Positions 1 to 10,409 of a stretch of DNA of 64,000 nt are shown here, piece after piece. The first letter of the stretch is position 1. The number at the start of each line of letters is the position of its first letter. The notes under the pieces are model-generated. The model searched no databases. It was given only the letters and a program-made list of their open reading frames with translations, and was not told the DNA's origin. This DNA is from Dehalococcoidia bacterium (GTDB taxonomy: Bacteria > Chloroflexota > Dehalococcoidia > Plut-88900), in NCBI GenBank assembly GCA_965207225.1, contig CBDBLV010000005.1, forward strand, positions 1,472,001-1,536,000, in the 5' to 3' direction. The position numbers and the translations under genes are program-made.

Positions 1-23
1 AACATGACCGGACGATCGCCGTC

Positions 24-887
24 ATGGATGCAGTCATCAAGCTGAACACCGAAGACGACTACGCCTACTTCGCCAGAGCCCGGTCGCATTTCGCCAAGGG
101 TGACGAAGACCGCGCCATCGAGGATTTGGACGCCGTTCTACGGTTGAACCCCGACCATGAGGATGCCCATCTGATACGGGGCACTATTTTGGGAAACCGG
201 GGACAGTGGAAACGTGTGATCACCGACATGACGGAACTTATCCGGCTCAGACCTCATGACCCTGAGGCTTACTATCGTCGGGGCATGGCCTATGGCGAAC
301 TGAACCTGTCGGATGAGTCGCTAGTCGATTTATGCGAGGCCATCCATCTTAACCCCGATCACGCCGACGCCTACCGTTCCCGAGGTGACTGCCTTCGATA
401 CAAGGGAGAATACGATAAGGCGATCGTCGACTTCAATGTCGCGCTAGTACTCGACCCGAAGAATGCGGCAGCGCACATAGGCCGGGGAGGAGCATATCGC
501 ATGAAGGGTGATATCGACCTGGCCATTGCCGACTACGACGCCACGATGCGACTCAGACCCCGAGACCCGCTCGCCTATAGGTTTCGTGGAGACGCCCACA
601 TTGCCAACAAGAACTACGACCAGGCTATTTCGGACTGCGACATGGCGTTGAATCTCAATCCTTGCGATCCGATAGCCTACTTCACTCGGGGCAATGCTCA
701 CCTGTTCAGTGGAAAACTCGAACCGGCGCTAGCGGACTTCAATGCAGCAATTGAACTCAAGCCCGTCGACGGGTGGTACTTCCACGGCCGCGGGCTGGTT
801 CGCGAGTTGTTGGGGGACGCAGTAGGCGCTAGTGAAGACTATCAACGGGCCAGAGATCTGGGGTATAACGTTGAAGCTACTGAATGA
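24..887 (+). CDS. Tetratricopeptide repeat protein (probably continues upstream of the window)
   Basis: About 8 tandem 34-aa repeats of the form AY..RG..Y...G.YD.AI.DF..AL.L.P. Confidence 0.9.
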   Translation: MDAVIKLNTEDDYAYFARARSHFAKGDEDRAIEDLDAVLRLNPDHEDAHLIRGTILGNRGQWKRVITDMTELIRLRPHDPEAYYRRGMAYGELNLSDESLVDLCEAIHLNPDHADAYRSRGDCLRYKGEYDKAIVDFNVALVLDPKNAAAHIGRGGAYRMKGDIDLAIADYDATMRLRPRDPLAYRFRGDAHIANKNYDQAISDCDMALNLNPCDPIAYFTRGNAHLFSGKLEPALADFNAAIELKPVDGWYFHGRGLVRELLGDAVGASEDYQRARDLGYNVEATE

Positions 888-1798
888 GAGAAGCGGACGC
901 ATTAGCTGCCGGAAGCTGCCACTGGCCTAGCGTGGCCTAACCTCTGACAAATTGAAGCGATAAGGCATCCTCGTAGGGATCTGGAGCTAATTTGGGAAGC
1001 CGCACCTCCACGGCCTCACCAATGCTCCATTGCAGAGGCCAACGCAGCTTTTGCAGGGTAGCTTCCCGCCTGTCCCGGCTACTTTCTCCGGGAATTGGCT
1101 GAACCCGCAATCTGGCATGAAATGATACCTGTCGAACCTATTGCTGGTGCCTTCCCCAAGAACAGAACGAGGGTTATACAGTAGCCCGCCAGCGAAAGTC
1201 AAACCGACTCAGTAAGCCTGTGATCATTCCCTGTGTTGCTATGGCGACCATACATGCCAGCGGAAGGACTCCGCTCGCTATAGCGAAATGCCTTGCCGCC
1301 CCCAGGGTTGGCCGCAGGAATCGCCGCACCCATAAGTATGAACCGACCAGTACAACCAGCCACACGATATCGTCAGGTAGGTTGAGCCATAGAAGAAGGT
1401 CTACCCCGAGAGTGTGCACTTGTGATGGGATGACCCTATGAAACAGTCCTTGGGCCGACCGGATAATATCGAAGAATTAGGTAAAGTTCCTTTGGCATGA
1501 GCCTTTTTTTGACTTGGGACGGACTAGCCCCGCCCTATTGGACCAGAGCGACTCTCAATCCAAATGGTCCTGCCTCCATTGAGTCTGGTGAGAGGCCCCG
1601 TACCGTACCGTGAACTCTTCGGTGGGGAATCCAGAAATAGGACCAGTGCACTTAGTTGGGCTAGGCCATCAAGATTTGTGAGCGGTCCGGGCGGGCTGGT
1701 TAATGCTCCCAGGTCAATGATCGTAATTCCACAAAGAAGACATGAAGGCCCGTGCGGGCCCCATCCAAGAGTTAGATTCGAACCTCTTTACCACGGAT

Positions 1799-3136
1799 TC
1801 ATATGAGCCATTCACTTAGTGTTTCTCTCGGAAGTATCCCTTTGTTTACGAGAGTTGCCCTGACCGTCAAAGGCGAGACTTTAAAGAAGTCGGCGGCATC
1901 ATCTATGTCTTCGTCACTGGGAGAGTCCCTAAAATACAGATACTCCCTCAAGTCATCTATGGGGCACAGGAATTCCTGGGCGAAAGCTCTCTGGAATTTC
2001 TGTCGGCTGGTCTTGGCCTGTGTGCTTGGCAGGAGAGCCTCATCCGGCGCAGCCATGAGGCTATCGCCGACCAGTCGGCTTAACGTGAACCGACGACCTG
2101 TTTCGCGCCTCTGGCCAAGGGATACCCGAAACGTTGACGCGTCCTCATTCTCTCGAAGTCCTGCCGATAGACTCCGTAGTTCGATTGAAGCTGGCGAATC
2201 ATTGACAAGAGATTGTGATAGCGGCACTCCGAATAGATCACTCATGGTGGACGTAGAAACGGGCCCGGAAGGCAGACCCCAAACGCTCCTTGCTATCCGA
2301 GCGGCTTGGGCTGCTCGGCGCCAGGGAACATCTGTCTGGTTTATTTCCTTATTGCAGATTCGTAGGAGTTTTTCGTAATTGCCTAGGCTAACTACGCTCT
2401 GTGAGTTCAGTATGCGATCTTTCAACTTTTTCAATCCATCGACAGCCTGGTCCTGGGTCGCAGCTGCTAACTCATGAACTGCATCCGGCCCATAGTAAAT
2501 GCAAGCCCTTTGCAGTGCCTCAATCAGCCCCTCTGGTGCTTCGGCTGGATCATAGCCCAGACACGCTTCTAGTTTGCGAAGCGCATATCGCTCGGCGTCT
2601 CTGCGCTCACCATTGACTTCAGCCCAGAGCTCTTGCAAAGTGGCTTCACCCTTACAGTAGCGCGAAGTCCTTTCAACAGTTGCGCCGATGAATTGATCTA
2701 TTCCATGTTCGAAGACGGCTGAATCGATTATCCAGCTGTGCTCTTTCAGGTACCGGATTGGTTCTCTGTACCCCAAAGGTGTTGCGGTTGATTCCACCGC
2801 GACAGTATCGCCATCACTCCTGAACCTCAGTACAGGCCAAAGATATCCTCCTCCAGCTGCGGCCAGATTGTGACTCATCTCCCAGTCGAAACTTGGCGAG
2901 CGGTCCGGTTCCCAACGCAGCCTCCACCAGTTAACCGCGAACCAAGTTGCCAGCCAATCTGCAGACAATCCAGGTGAGTGGTCGATATCCCCCGAAGACC
3001 GATCTTCGAAGGTGGTGACGCATTCATCATTAACCCAAATGGTAAGTTGGGCCTGCATATCAAAACCCGCATCATCTCCCGGGTCCGGCCTCAGCCAGTC
3101 ACACTGAACTACGAAAGTGTTGCTCATTGAATGCAC
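1799..3136 (-). CDS. Hypothetical protein with a C-terminal ImmA/IrrE (DUF955)-like region lacking HEXXH
   Basis: 445-aa ORF; RRFTLSRLVGD where IrrE-like proteins have RFTLAHELGH, then RAFAQEFLCP and an HTH-like tail (ADFFKVSPLTV). Confidence 0.6.
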   Translation of the reverse strand: MHSMSNTFVVQCDWLRPDPGDDAGFDMQAQLTIWVNDECVTTFEDRSSGDIDHSPGLSADWLATWFAVNWWRLRWEPDRSPSFDWEMSHNLAAAGGGYLWPVLRFRSDGDTVAVESTATPLGYREPIRYLKEHSWIIDSAVFEHGIDQFIGATVERTSRYCKGEATLQELWAEVNGERRDAERYALRKLEACLGYDPAEAPEGLIEALQRACIYYGPDAVHELAAATQDQAVDGLKKLKDRILNSQSVVSLGNYEKLLRICNKEINQTDVPWRRAAQAARIARSVWGLPSGPVSTSTMSDLFGVPLSQSLVNDSPASIELRSLSAGLRENEDASTFRVSLGQRRETGRRFTLSRLVGDSLMAAPDEALLPSTQAKTSRQKFQRAFAQEFLCPIDDLREYLYFRDSPSDEDIDDAADFFKVSPLTVRATLVNKGILPRETLSEWLI

Positions 3137-3555
3137 CAGCGAGTCAAGATTTCGGATCGGAACGGGTCTCCCTTGGGAACGGGATAACCATGATATTCGC
3201 CTTTCTCTTGGTTTTCCAGTTGGGCTTCAAGGGGGTCGCCGCTATCGGTAACGGCCCAAATATTCTGTGGGAATTCCCCGCGTCTCTGTTCGCTTATTAA
3301 TCCCTTTACCGCCCCCAGCCTAAGCATTCGCAAGGCCTCTTTCCTAGTGAAGATTCCGGCGTCGTCGCAAAGGGTCTTTCTAGGCATCGGTCGTGAAGGC
3401 GGATCGAGGCCAAAATCACCAGGATTGCGCTTGTGAGCTGGATTTCCGCCGTATTTGAGGCGCTTGGCCAGCAAAGCCAACTCTGCAGCGTCTGAATTCT
3501 GTCTGATGCGCCGTTTGCGGTTGAACGACCGTCGATGAGAAAAGGAAGGATTCAT
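3124..3555 (-). CDS. Hypothetical basic protein, overlapping partner of 1799-3136
   Basis: 143-aa ORF overlapping the start of the downstream gene; globular-looking motifs YGGNPAHKRNPGDFGL and YHGYP. Confidence 0.6.
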   Translation of the reverse strand: MNPSFSHRRSFNRKRRIRQNSDAAELALLAKRLKYGGNPAHKRNPGDFGLDPPSRPMPRKTLCDDAGIFTRKEALRMLRLGAVKGLISEQRRGEFPQNIWAVTDSGDPLEAQLENQEKGEYHGYPVPKGDPFRSEILTRWCIQ

Positions 3556-3686
3556 GGGATTTTCGCCTTTTCGTGGTCGTCAAATTCTAGTCCTTGTGTC
3601 AACAGCAGCTTAGCTTTGCAGGTAGATGCAAGGTGCGCTCCAATGCCAGGGTCTTCCGCTGGACGAGTTCGAGGAACTGACAGGCC

Positions 3687-5135
3687 CTATATATCCAGCA
3701 CTCGCCCGACGAATAGAATAGCCTCGGTTCCCCGGTCCCGGATCAAGAAGATGAATGGCCGCTCCACCCTTAGGGTCACCGGACTCGGGGGAGCAGACTC
3801 GAGTTGCACCACTACGGCGGTGGCCGCAGCTGCCTCCGTCCCTGCTTCGTCCACCGACACGAATGCCTTGTGTACCACCTCCCGGATGTACAGGCACCTG
3901 GAGTCTCCCGCGAGACATGAGCGGCCGTCCATGCCGGAGAAGTCGGAAGCGCCTCTGTCGAAGGCGTCGGACATACCCATGGCCTTGAGGGTTTCGCTCA
4001 GCTGGAATTTTGACTCGAACTCGAACTTCGGTAGGTCAAGCGTAACGTAGCGGTATTCGAGCCCAGCAATGATCCGGTCCACCAGTAGGCTGTCCAGGGC
4101 ATCCTCGAACTCTCGGAACTGCCCCCTGTCCGGGACGATGACGGTCATGGACAGCTCATGCCCGACGTAGGGTAGGTCTACGGCCTGGTACCCATCTCTC
4201 GACGCATAGAGGAACTCTTCCTGCATACTCATCATTGGAACTCCGACATTGCTCCCGTCCAGAAGGTGGAAGGGGCGTTCTCGGGTGTCCGATTCGTTGA
4301 AAGGGAAGAGCCATGAAGCGTTGAAGTAGATGGCGTTGGTCAGCACCATCCGGGTCAGCGGATTGATGATACCGGAGGGTATCAGGTCCTTGACTCTGTC
4401 TTCCGTGTTGTCTGCGACCCAGTCGTTGATCAAAAGCCTCGACTCCTCGGGCTCGCCCTTGAAGTCCGTGGGCCTCACACCTGCTCCATAGTTCTCCGCG
4501 AGGACATTAAGAAACGACTCCCGGAAATCGTGGCCTTGCTGGCCCCAGACGGCGTTGACGATATTCAGCCTGAAGGCCTCTCCACCCCTGTCCCGAATTA
4601 CCTCGCCGCGAGATACAAGCTCTTGGGCGAGGGCTTTGAACGTAGGGTGAAGCCTGTGCTGTGGCAGAAGAAAATGGAAAGTGTCAGCCATCTGGCTTGC
4701 CGTCTGGCCATTGGCCCCTGCGTAGGCCATGGCGATGGCTTGCGAGATGCTGTGGGGCGAATAGAACAGGTTTCCGTCCTGCGCCTTAATAACCTGATAA
4801 AGGTCGAAGGCGAAGATGCTGTTACCACCCACGAGTTCAGTAACCTCCGTATCCAGGGCTGATGGAACTGCACGCTCCTTGTCCGAGCGGACCTCGGAGT
4901 ATGTTGCTCGGGTGACCGTAGGCCCCGACTTAACGGATTGGGGGGCATCAGTCGAATTCGAGTTGTTCGAACTGGGCGCGATTGTCGAATTTGCGGATCC
5001 CGTTGGGGAGTCTGACTCCTGCTCGCCGCCGCAAGCAGCAACGAGAACGGCGGCCGTCAAGCACACGACCATGGCGGTGATGGCAGAGTATCTCCACCAG
5101 CTCGATCTGATTAAGGGGAGAGTAGTCTTTCCCAT
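3687..5135 (-). CDS. Serpin (serine protease inhibitor), lipoprotein
   Basis: Lipobox LVAAC; NLFYSPHSI, LTNAIYF, hinge VDEAGTEAAAATAV, and RPFIFLIRD. Confidence 0.95.
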   Translation of the reverse strand: MGKTTLPLIRSSWWRYSAITAMVVCLTAAVLVAACGGEQESDSPTGSANSTIAPSSNNSNSTDAPQSVKSGPTVTRATYSEVRSDKERAVPSALDTEVTELVGGNSIFAFDLYQVIKAQDGNLFYSPHSISQAIAMAYAGANGQTASQMADTFHFLLPQHRLHPTFKALAQELVSRGEVIRDRGGEAFRLNIVNAVWGQQGHDFRESFLNVLAENYGAGVRPTDFKGEPEESRLLINDWVADNTEDRVKDLIPSGIINPLTRMVLTNAIYFNASWLFPFNESDTRERPFHLLDGSNVGVPMMSMQEEFLYASRDGYQAVDLPYVGHELSMTVIVPDRGQFREFEDALDSLLVDRIIAGLEYRYVTLDLPKFEFESKFQLSETLKAMGMSDAFDRGASDFSGMDGRSCLAGDSRCLYIREVVHKAFVSVDEAGTEAAAATAVVVQLESAPPSPVTLRVERPFIFLIRDRGTEAILFVGRVLDI

Positions 5136-5740
5136 GCTTTCCCTCCAGCCTTAGCGTTTCCTGAGCCGTTTTGTACTTGCTACATTCCAGTTGATGCGTC
5201 CCCTTATGACGTATCAACCGATGAAATAGTTCCCACCGTGCCCAACGCTAAGCCCTAAGGCGAACATACCTGGTCACAAATTGATTTCGCAGTTGCAGGA
5301 ATTCCGGCATCGACCAAGTCTCGCGAACCGGGTCCGCCCTCAGACCAGCTGGTTGAGCACTCTACATGGAAACCCCAAGGGCCTTGACTGCAAGGTGTTG
5401 CGGAGACGGTGGGCTGCTGCTTGGCTGAGGCCCTCATCCGCTATTCATCAATCGGATGTAGATGGTTCCCGATTGTCCGGCCGCACAGGCTTTCGATCTC
5501 CAAGAAACCATTCTTTACATCACACAGAAAGTTAATACGAGTCACAATATACAACAGACGCCGACGATAGCTCCGTCATTGATATCCTATGATATTATCT
5601 ACCCGCGATAGGTACCGTCCGGCCCGCTAGGCCGGAGAAACCAAGGCAAAAAGACTGCAGGGGTTGGAGGAATCCCTAGGCAGTGGGATACAGGGGATAG
5701 GTACCGAGAGAAGACAGTTGTGCAAATCAGGCCCAGCCAC

Positions 5741-5830
5741 ATGAGCGACAAGGCTCAGTTCCTATTGCTGATGCTCTTGTTCATTGTGATGGCGGTAATT
5801 GTCGCCTCCGTCATCTTACTGGTCTTCTAG
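5741..5830 (+). CDS. Small single-TM peptide (29 aa)
   Basis: MSDKAQFLLLMLLFIVMAVIVASVILLVF read directly, just upstream of the HNH gene. Confidence 0.4.
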   Translation: MSDKAQFLLLMLLFIVMAVIVASVILLVF

Positions 5831-5839
5831 GGGGACCGT

Positions 5840-6253
5840 GTGCTCGGATGGTGGGGCCAACCCCGACGCCGCATAAAGATCCCGAAATGGTTCAAGGAAG
5901 ATCTCTATGAGCAGCAAAATGGTGCTTGCATGTATTGTGGCATCAAGATGGATATCGCCTACTTCGAGGCAGACCACAAGACCCCGTTCTCACGGGGTAG
6001 CCGCGATACCCCGGGCAACTTCCGGCTCCTTTGTGGCCCGTGCAACAAGTGCAAGTCGAACCTGACCAACTCAGAGTTCCGCAATTTATACGAGCTGACT
6101 CCCGCGCGAATGGCCAAAGGACCTCCTACACGCATCATCCCACGCAAGCACTTTGGCCGGATAACAAATGAGCTCAAGAAGGAGGCGGCCAGGGAACGGC
6201 GGGCAATGAGGAGAGAAGAAGAGGAAGCCTTTTTCGATCTATTGGGGCCTTAG
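5840..6253 (+). CDS. HNH endonuclease
   Basis: CMYC...DHKTPFSRG......NFRLLCGPCNKCK. Confidence 0.85.
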   Translation: MLGWWGQPRRRIKIPKWFKEDLYEQQNGACMYCGIKMDIAYFEADHKTPFSRGSRDTPGNFRLLCGPCNKCKSNLTNSEFRNLYELTPARMAKGPPTRIIPRKHFGRITNELKKEAARERRAMRREEEEAFFDLLGP

Positions 6254-6538
6254 CGAATGAGCAAGCCGGGCGGCAGGAACCTCCGATCAAAGAACCGTGA
6301 TTCAGTCGTGTGCCAGTGTCGTGGATTTTAAAAAACAGCTCGAGCACGATTTTGATTTCACCAAGAAGAAGACGCACCCATGCAGGGTGACCCTCCCGGC
6401 ATTGGGAACATTAACGCTGGTTTTTGCCGTGGCAGGCATCGGGTGAGGGTCCTGGCACAGGTGACCACCGCTCTGGGATAGAGAGGTTTCTGAAGCACCT
6501 ATTATGAGAATGTTTAGTGCTAGGTAGGGTGGCAAGTT

Positions 6539-6754
6539 ATGGCCCTGTACGCGGTAGACGCTGATGTTCCCACCGGCCAAGTGACCTTGCATAGATCGCA
6601 TTGTATGCAAGGGCAGCCCGTGGACAAGATGGAGCGTGATGGGGGCTGGCGGGAATTCGAAACCCGGAGTGCGGCCCTCAACTGGATGAACTCATGGCAC
6701 ACCACTAGCCAATTGAGAATTCACTTTTGTCACCATTGCGCTCCCATGGATTGA
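6539..6754 (+). CDS. Small hypothetical protein with His/Cys (CxxC) motifs
   Basis: LHRSHC...GGW...FCHHC; a paralog lies at 10221-10409. Confidence 0.55.
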   Translation: MALYAVDADVPTGQVTLHRSHCMQGQPVDKMERDGGWREFETRSAALNWMNSWHTTSQLRIHFCHHCAPMD

Positions 6755-7225
6755 GAAAACAGGAAGTACAGACCATGCCGTTAAGTCAGGACCAGTTACG
6801 CCGGTTAAAGGAGGAGTACAACTCGCTAAGCGGGTATGTCTGGCGAGCTTCACAGGGTGAGCTACTGGCAATGATCCCGGAAGTGCACAAGAGACCGGAT
6901 AGATTTGTACACCTCTTGTCTAAGCAACAATCCCTAGTGTGCCAAGGCGGGACGTTGACGAGCTTTGCCCATTCAACGTTGTCGCAGTCAGTTAAATTGG
7001 CTGTTCCAAGCCCATTCCCGGAAAGCGAGATGGTGCTAGTAACTTCAACGGCCCGACGGGCAACCTGTGCCCTGTGCGTTTACACCCTCAACGCAGACAT
7101 GAAGGCTATGACGGCGTCTTGTAAGCCGCTTTTTGCGATGTTGGCGGTAATAGCCTTAATCATCACAGCTATTGTATTGGCGGTCGTGTTAGTCGTTTAG
7201 TTGGAGGCCGCAAAGGCGAAGAGCA

Positions 7226-7567
7226 TTGAAAACGCACGAATGGACTGGCAGCAGCGGCCGCAGGTACGAATGTCAAGTTTGGAATCAAGGACAGGGCGGG
7301 TACACCGATGAGCACGGACATCCGCTAGCCATTCCGGGTATATTCATCTACGCCAGCGGTGACGACTTATTGGGCTATCGAGCTCTGTACGTGGGGGAAT
7401 CCGATAACATTATTGTTGAGCGGGAAAGAGTGCCAACAGCAGTGTTGGAATGCGCCGTTAAGCATGATTTGTCCACACTCCACGTCTTCTTCCAGAGCGG
7501 CAAGACACAACGGGGAGATGGACAATGCGACCTAGTTGAGGGCTGCCGGCCGTCTTGCCAGCCGTAG
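7226..7567 (+). CDS. Small GIY-YIG-like protein
   Basis: PGIFIY...ALYVGESDNI resembles the GIY-YIG motif; N-terminal WTGSSGRRY. Confidence 0.45.
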   Translation: MKTHEWTGSSGRRYECQVWNQGQGGYTDEHGHPLAIPGIFIYASGDDLLGYRALYVGESDNIIVERERVPTAVLECAVKHDLSTLHVFFQSGKTQRGDGQCDLVEGCRPSCQP

Positions 7568-8169
7568 TCCTTCCGGCGTGTATCTAAGCGGGACTGCCTC
7601 GGTGGGTCCGCCGGGTGTTGGGGAGCTAGTAGAGTTATTGGGAATGAGTGGTCACTCTACTTCTGGTAGACCCCCTAAAACACTAGGATTCCTCGTCCGC
7701 GGAACATTTATCGTGTTGCAAGAGTTGGGTCAGTCAACCAATTTCAACAATTACCGCGTTGTTCGGCGCTTCGTGTTGCACATTACGCTGATGGCATCAA
7801 TTACCTTTTTGAGTATCGCAAATGAATGTGAAGCCAAGGAAAGACCTCCGTGTAACACAACGGCAGTGAGTGCTATCTTGGGGTCATTAAATTCGAACTC
7901 TTGAACAAAAGGCGCAGTGAAACCCAGGAGCTTAAGCGAGTACAGGAATATCGAAAGAACTGTTAACCACCACGCATATCCACACGCAAACCGTACGAAG
8001 TAAGCAAAGACAAACATTGCGCATGCGTCGTCTCTCGGATTACTTGAAGGAGTTGGGCGTCTTTTGGACAAGAGGCGTTTAATCGTTTGCTTCACAATGG
8101 TCTCACCTTTTTGGTCTATTACGAAATTCTTGTGTAAACAGATCTTATAACTTACGGAACACTGTATAG

Positions 8170-8212
8170 CGGAGACGAGGGTGGGGTTTGAACCCACATC
8201 TCCCGCCTCCAA
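8170..8212 (-). other. tRNA-like 3' half (T-arm plus acceptor-like strand); no 5' half found
   Basis: Minus strand GCGGG-AGAT-GTGGG-TTCAAAC-CCCAC-CCTCGTC forms a perfect 5-bp T stem with a TTCRA loop. Confidence 0.35.
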
Positions 8213-8607
8213 TCCCCAATCCTCCTGGGCAAAGACAGCGCGAAGGGTAGCCCTGTCCCCCAGGAGCCGCGGCTACCTTCGCTCAATGTCGATAGATCGT
8301 TGAGTGACATGGAGGTAGGTCGGAATGCAGCGGATAACGCATGTGGTAGCCTCTTGACTCATTACCTTTACCCCAAGCGGGCTGAATGGGACGGAGGATA
8401 TTTAGATATCATCAGTCTCGGAGACCCCGCATTAATCCGACATATACCGAAGAGAGGATTCCTGATGTCCTAAGGACCACGAAACCCTTTCACTAAACCC
8501 GGCCTCCCACACTACCCGGGAGAGTCTTACCAAGGGAATAGTTTGGCGAGTCGGGACAATAATCCGCTGTCGGCGCGGGCCTTTATGGATTTGATGGCGT
8601 CGTTGAA

Positions 8608-8958
8608 CTAGCGCCCGTGCGCCTCGACCTTTCCCATTCCTGGAGTGTTGCTGACGGCGATGTGGGCGAGCTCGTGAAGGACAACTTCCTTTACTTTTCG
8701 CCAGGGCAGCGTCTCGAAGCCTTCCGTCTGCAGCCAGATTGTGCTGTGCCCCGCCTCGCCGCATGCCCCGGCGTTCTGAAGGTACTCGCTGAATATCAGC
8801 AACGGAACCTTCATATCGAGGGTGCGGCAGATTCCTTCCATGTAGGTCTGCGTCTCTTGCTGCCGCGTCTGCCCTATGGTGATGGGGTCGGGGCGTGACA
8901 CCCTGGCCAACCGGCGCCGGTTGCATTGAATACAGGTGTGGTAGACGGGGTGATTCAT
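8608..8958 (-). CDS. Small zincin/SprT-like metallopeptidase-domain protein (possibly truncated)
   Basis: EVVLHELAH motif followed by ...AHGR. Confidence 0.55.
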   Translation of the reverse strand: MNHPVYHTCIQCNRRRLARVSRPDPITIGQTRQQETQTYMEGICRTLDMKVPLLIFSEYLQNAGACGEAGHSTIWLQTEGFETLPWRKVKEVVLHELAHIAVSNTPGMGKVEAHGR

Positions 8959-9121
8959 GGCTTATATCCCAGGGTCGTCGATGCTGGCCTGACTGGCCAA
9001 GCGGTCTCCAGAGGGGTCTGCGCGGCGTGTGGGGTCGGCTGTCCTTGCAAGCAGGTTTTGAGCGCCTTCTTGAATATCTCTGTCCCCGCCGAGACACATC
9101 TACGTGTTCCCTCGAAACAAC

Positions 9122-9532
9122 CTACCGCTCGAAGAGCAATACCTCCCCGTCCGCGCCATAAAGCGTGAGTCGGCTCCCTGAGACCTCGAAGCGCTCTATC
9201 GTCGCCAACACCCTCTGTATCCGTTGCTCCTGGTGGAACTGCGTCATGGTGCGGCAACCCGCTTCCGTACAACCCAGGTCGCCAATGCTCAGGTTGGCCC
9301 TCTGCAAGCTGTACTCTCCAGCACAGCTGTTGCAGCCCGTCCAAAGGCCGATCTCGGTCGCAGAGAATTCCACATCTGGCTCCCCCACAACGGCGTCGGG
9401 GCTTTCAGCATCCCCCAACCCGACCAGCCGCCATTCCGTATCTCCTAACGGGTTCCCTTCGCTCTCACATGCTGCTGATAGAAACAGGGCACTAAGGAGA
9501 AGCAGGACGCTTAGCATTATGCGGTTCGACAT
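9122..9532 (-). CDS. META-domain (HslJ-like) lipoprotein
   Basis: Lipobox LSAAC; L.DTEWRL, TGCN, T.AGC, and RLTL...G..LLF. Confidence 0.85.
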   Translation of the reverse strand: MSNRIMLSVLLLLSALFLSAACESEGNPLGDTEWRLVGLGDAESPDAVVGEPDVEFSATEIGLWTGCNSCAGEYSLQRANLSIGDLGCTEAGCRTMTQFHQEQRIQRVLATIERFEVSGSRLTLYGADGEVLLFER

Positions 9533-9568
9533 GACGACCCCTTCACCAAAGTCCCAGCGTCTATGGAC

Positions 9569-9826
9569 TCAAGTCAATCTGTTCTTTTTGACCTTGTGGC
9601 CTACGTGGTATCTATTGCAGCGCCTGCACAGGTACGACGTTGGAACCTTTGAATCCGGCAAATAGACAGTCGTATTTTGCATTAGATCAGCAATCGCCTC
9701 TGCCTCTTCTCTGGTGCTGTATGTCACCTTAGAGGTGCAGTAACGCTGAACGCGTGTCTGCAAGTTATGGGGTCTGGCACGGAACCTGCGGCCCTTCCTT
9801 CTCTCCCTCTTCCTTCTAAGTTTCAA
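9569..9826 (-). CDS. Small phage-like Zn-binding protein
   Basis: CTSKVTYSTREEA...SYLCRRCNRYHVG. Confidence 0.5.
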   Translation of the reverse strand: MKLRRKRERRKGRRFRARPHNLQTRVQRYCTSKVTYSTREEAEAIADLMQNTTVYLPDSKVPTSYLCRRCNRYHVGHKVKKNRLT

Positions 9827-10220
9827 ATCTCTACCTGTCGCTCTCCCCCTCTAAAGACTCTTCTGAGCAGCGGGTCACTCGGTCAGCGCCTCTGCTTCCG
9901 TTCCCTATCCTTCGATCGGAAAGCGTCTATGGGCCGCTCACCGTTGGCAGTGGGCCAACATCTCCCGCCTATAGCCCTAGCCGTGAAAGCCCGAGTCAAT
10001 TCCGCAAACTGAGATCCCTAAAGGTGGATGTCTACCTTTAGACGATCCCGCCTTAATCCGCTGGTGATGAGGTCGTTAAGAAACCGTCCCCTCCCCTCCA
10101 GTCTTTGTAAACACTTGGACGTCAGCTGCTCGTAAACCGAGGCCTGTGTAGTCACCTGTATGAGCCTCCGGTCCACCAAGGTCAGGTCCGAGTTGTTTCC
10201 TACGCCGCGAATCTTCCGGA

Positions 10221-10409
10221 TCATGTACTAGTACCTATCAAGGGCCTCATAGGTCTGCAGTTGTAACAGAAGTTGAGCTTCAGCTGGTTTGTGGAGCGCC
10301 AAGAGACCATCCAGTTCAGGGCAGCGCTGTGCCTCTCAGACTGATTCAGGCCCCCATCGCTCCTCAGCTTGTCTCGAGGTTGGCTGTCCTTACAGGAAAC
10401 GCTTTTCAT
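10221..10409 (-). pseudogene. Diverged, N-terminally shortened paralog of 6539-6754
   Basis: QPRDKLRSDGG...SAALNWMVSW...LNFCYNCRPM versus QPVDKMERDGG...SAALNWMNSW...IHFCHHCAPM. Confidence 0.55.

Noticed and set aside
5607-5706. 11-bp direct repeat GATAGGTACCG (5607 and 5696)
   Set aside because: Only two copies with no associated element; could be chance.
8170-8212. Functional tRNA or tmRNA
   Set aside because: No matching 5' acceptor strand, D-arm or CCA end was found.
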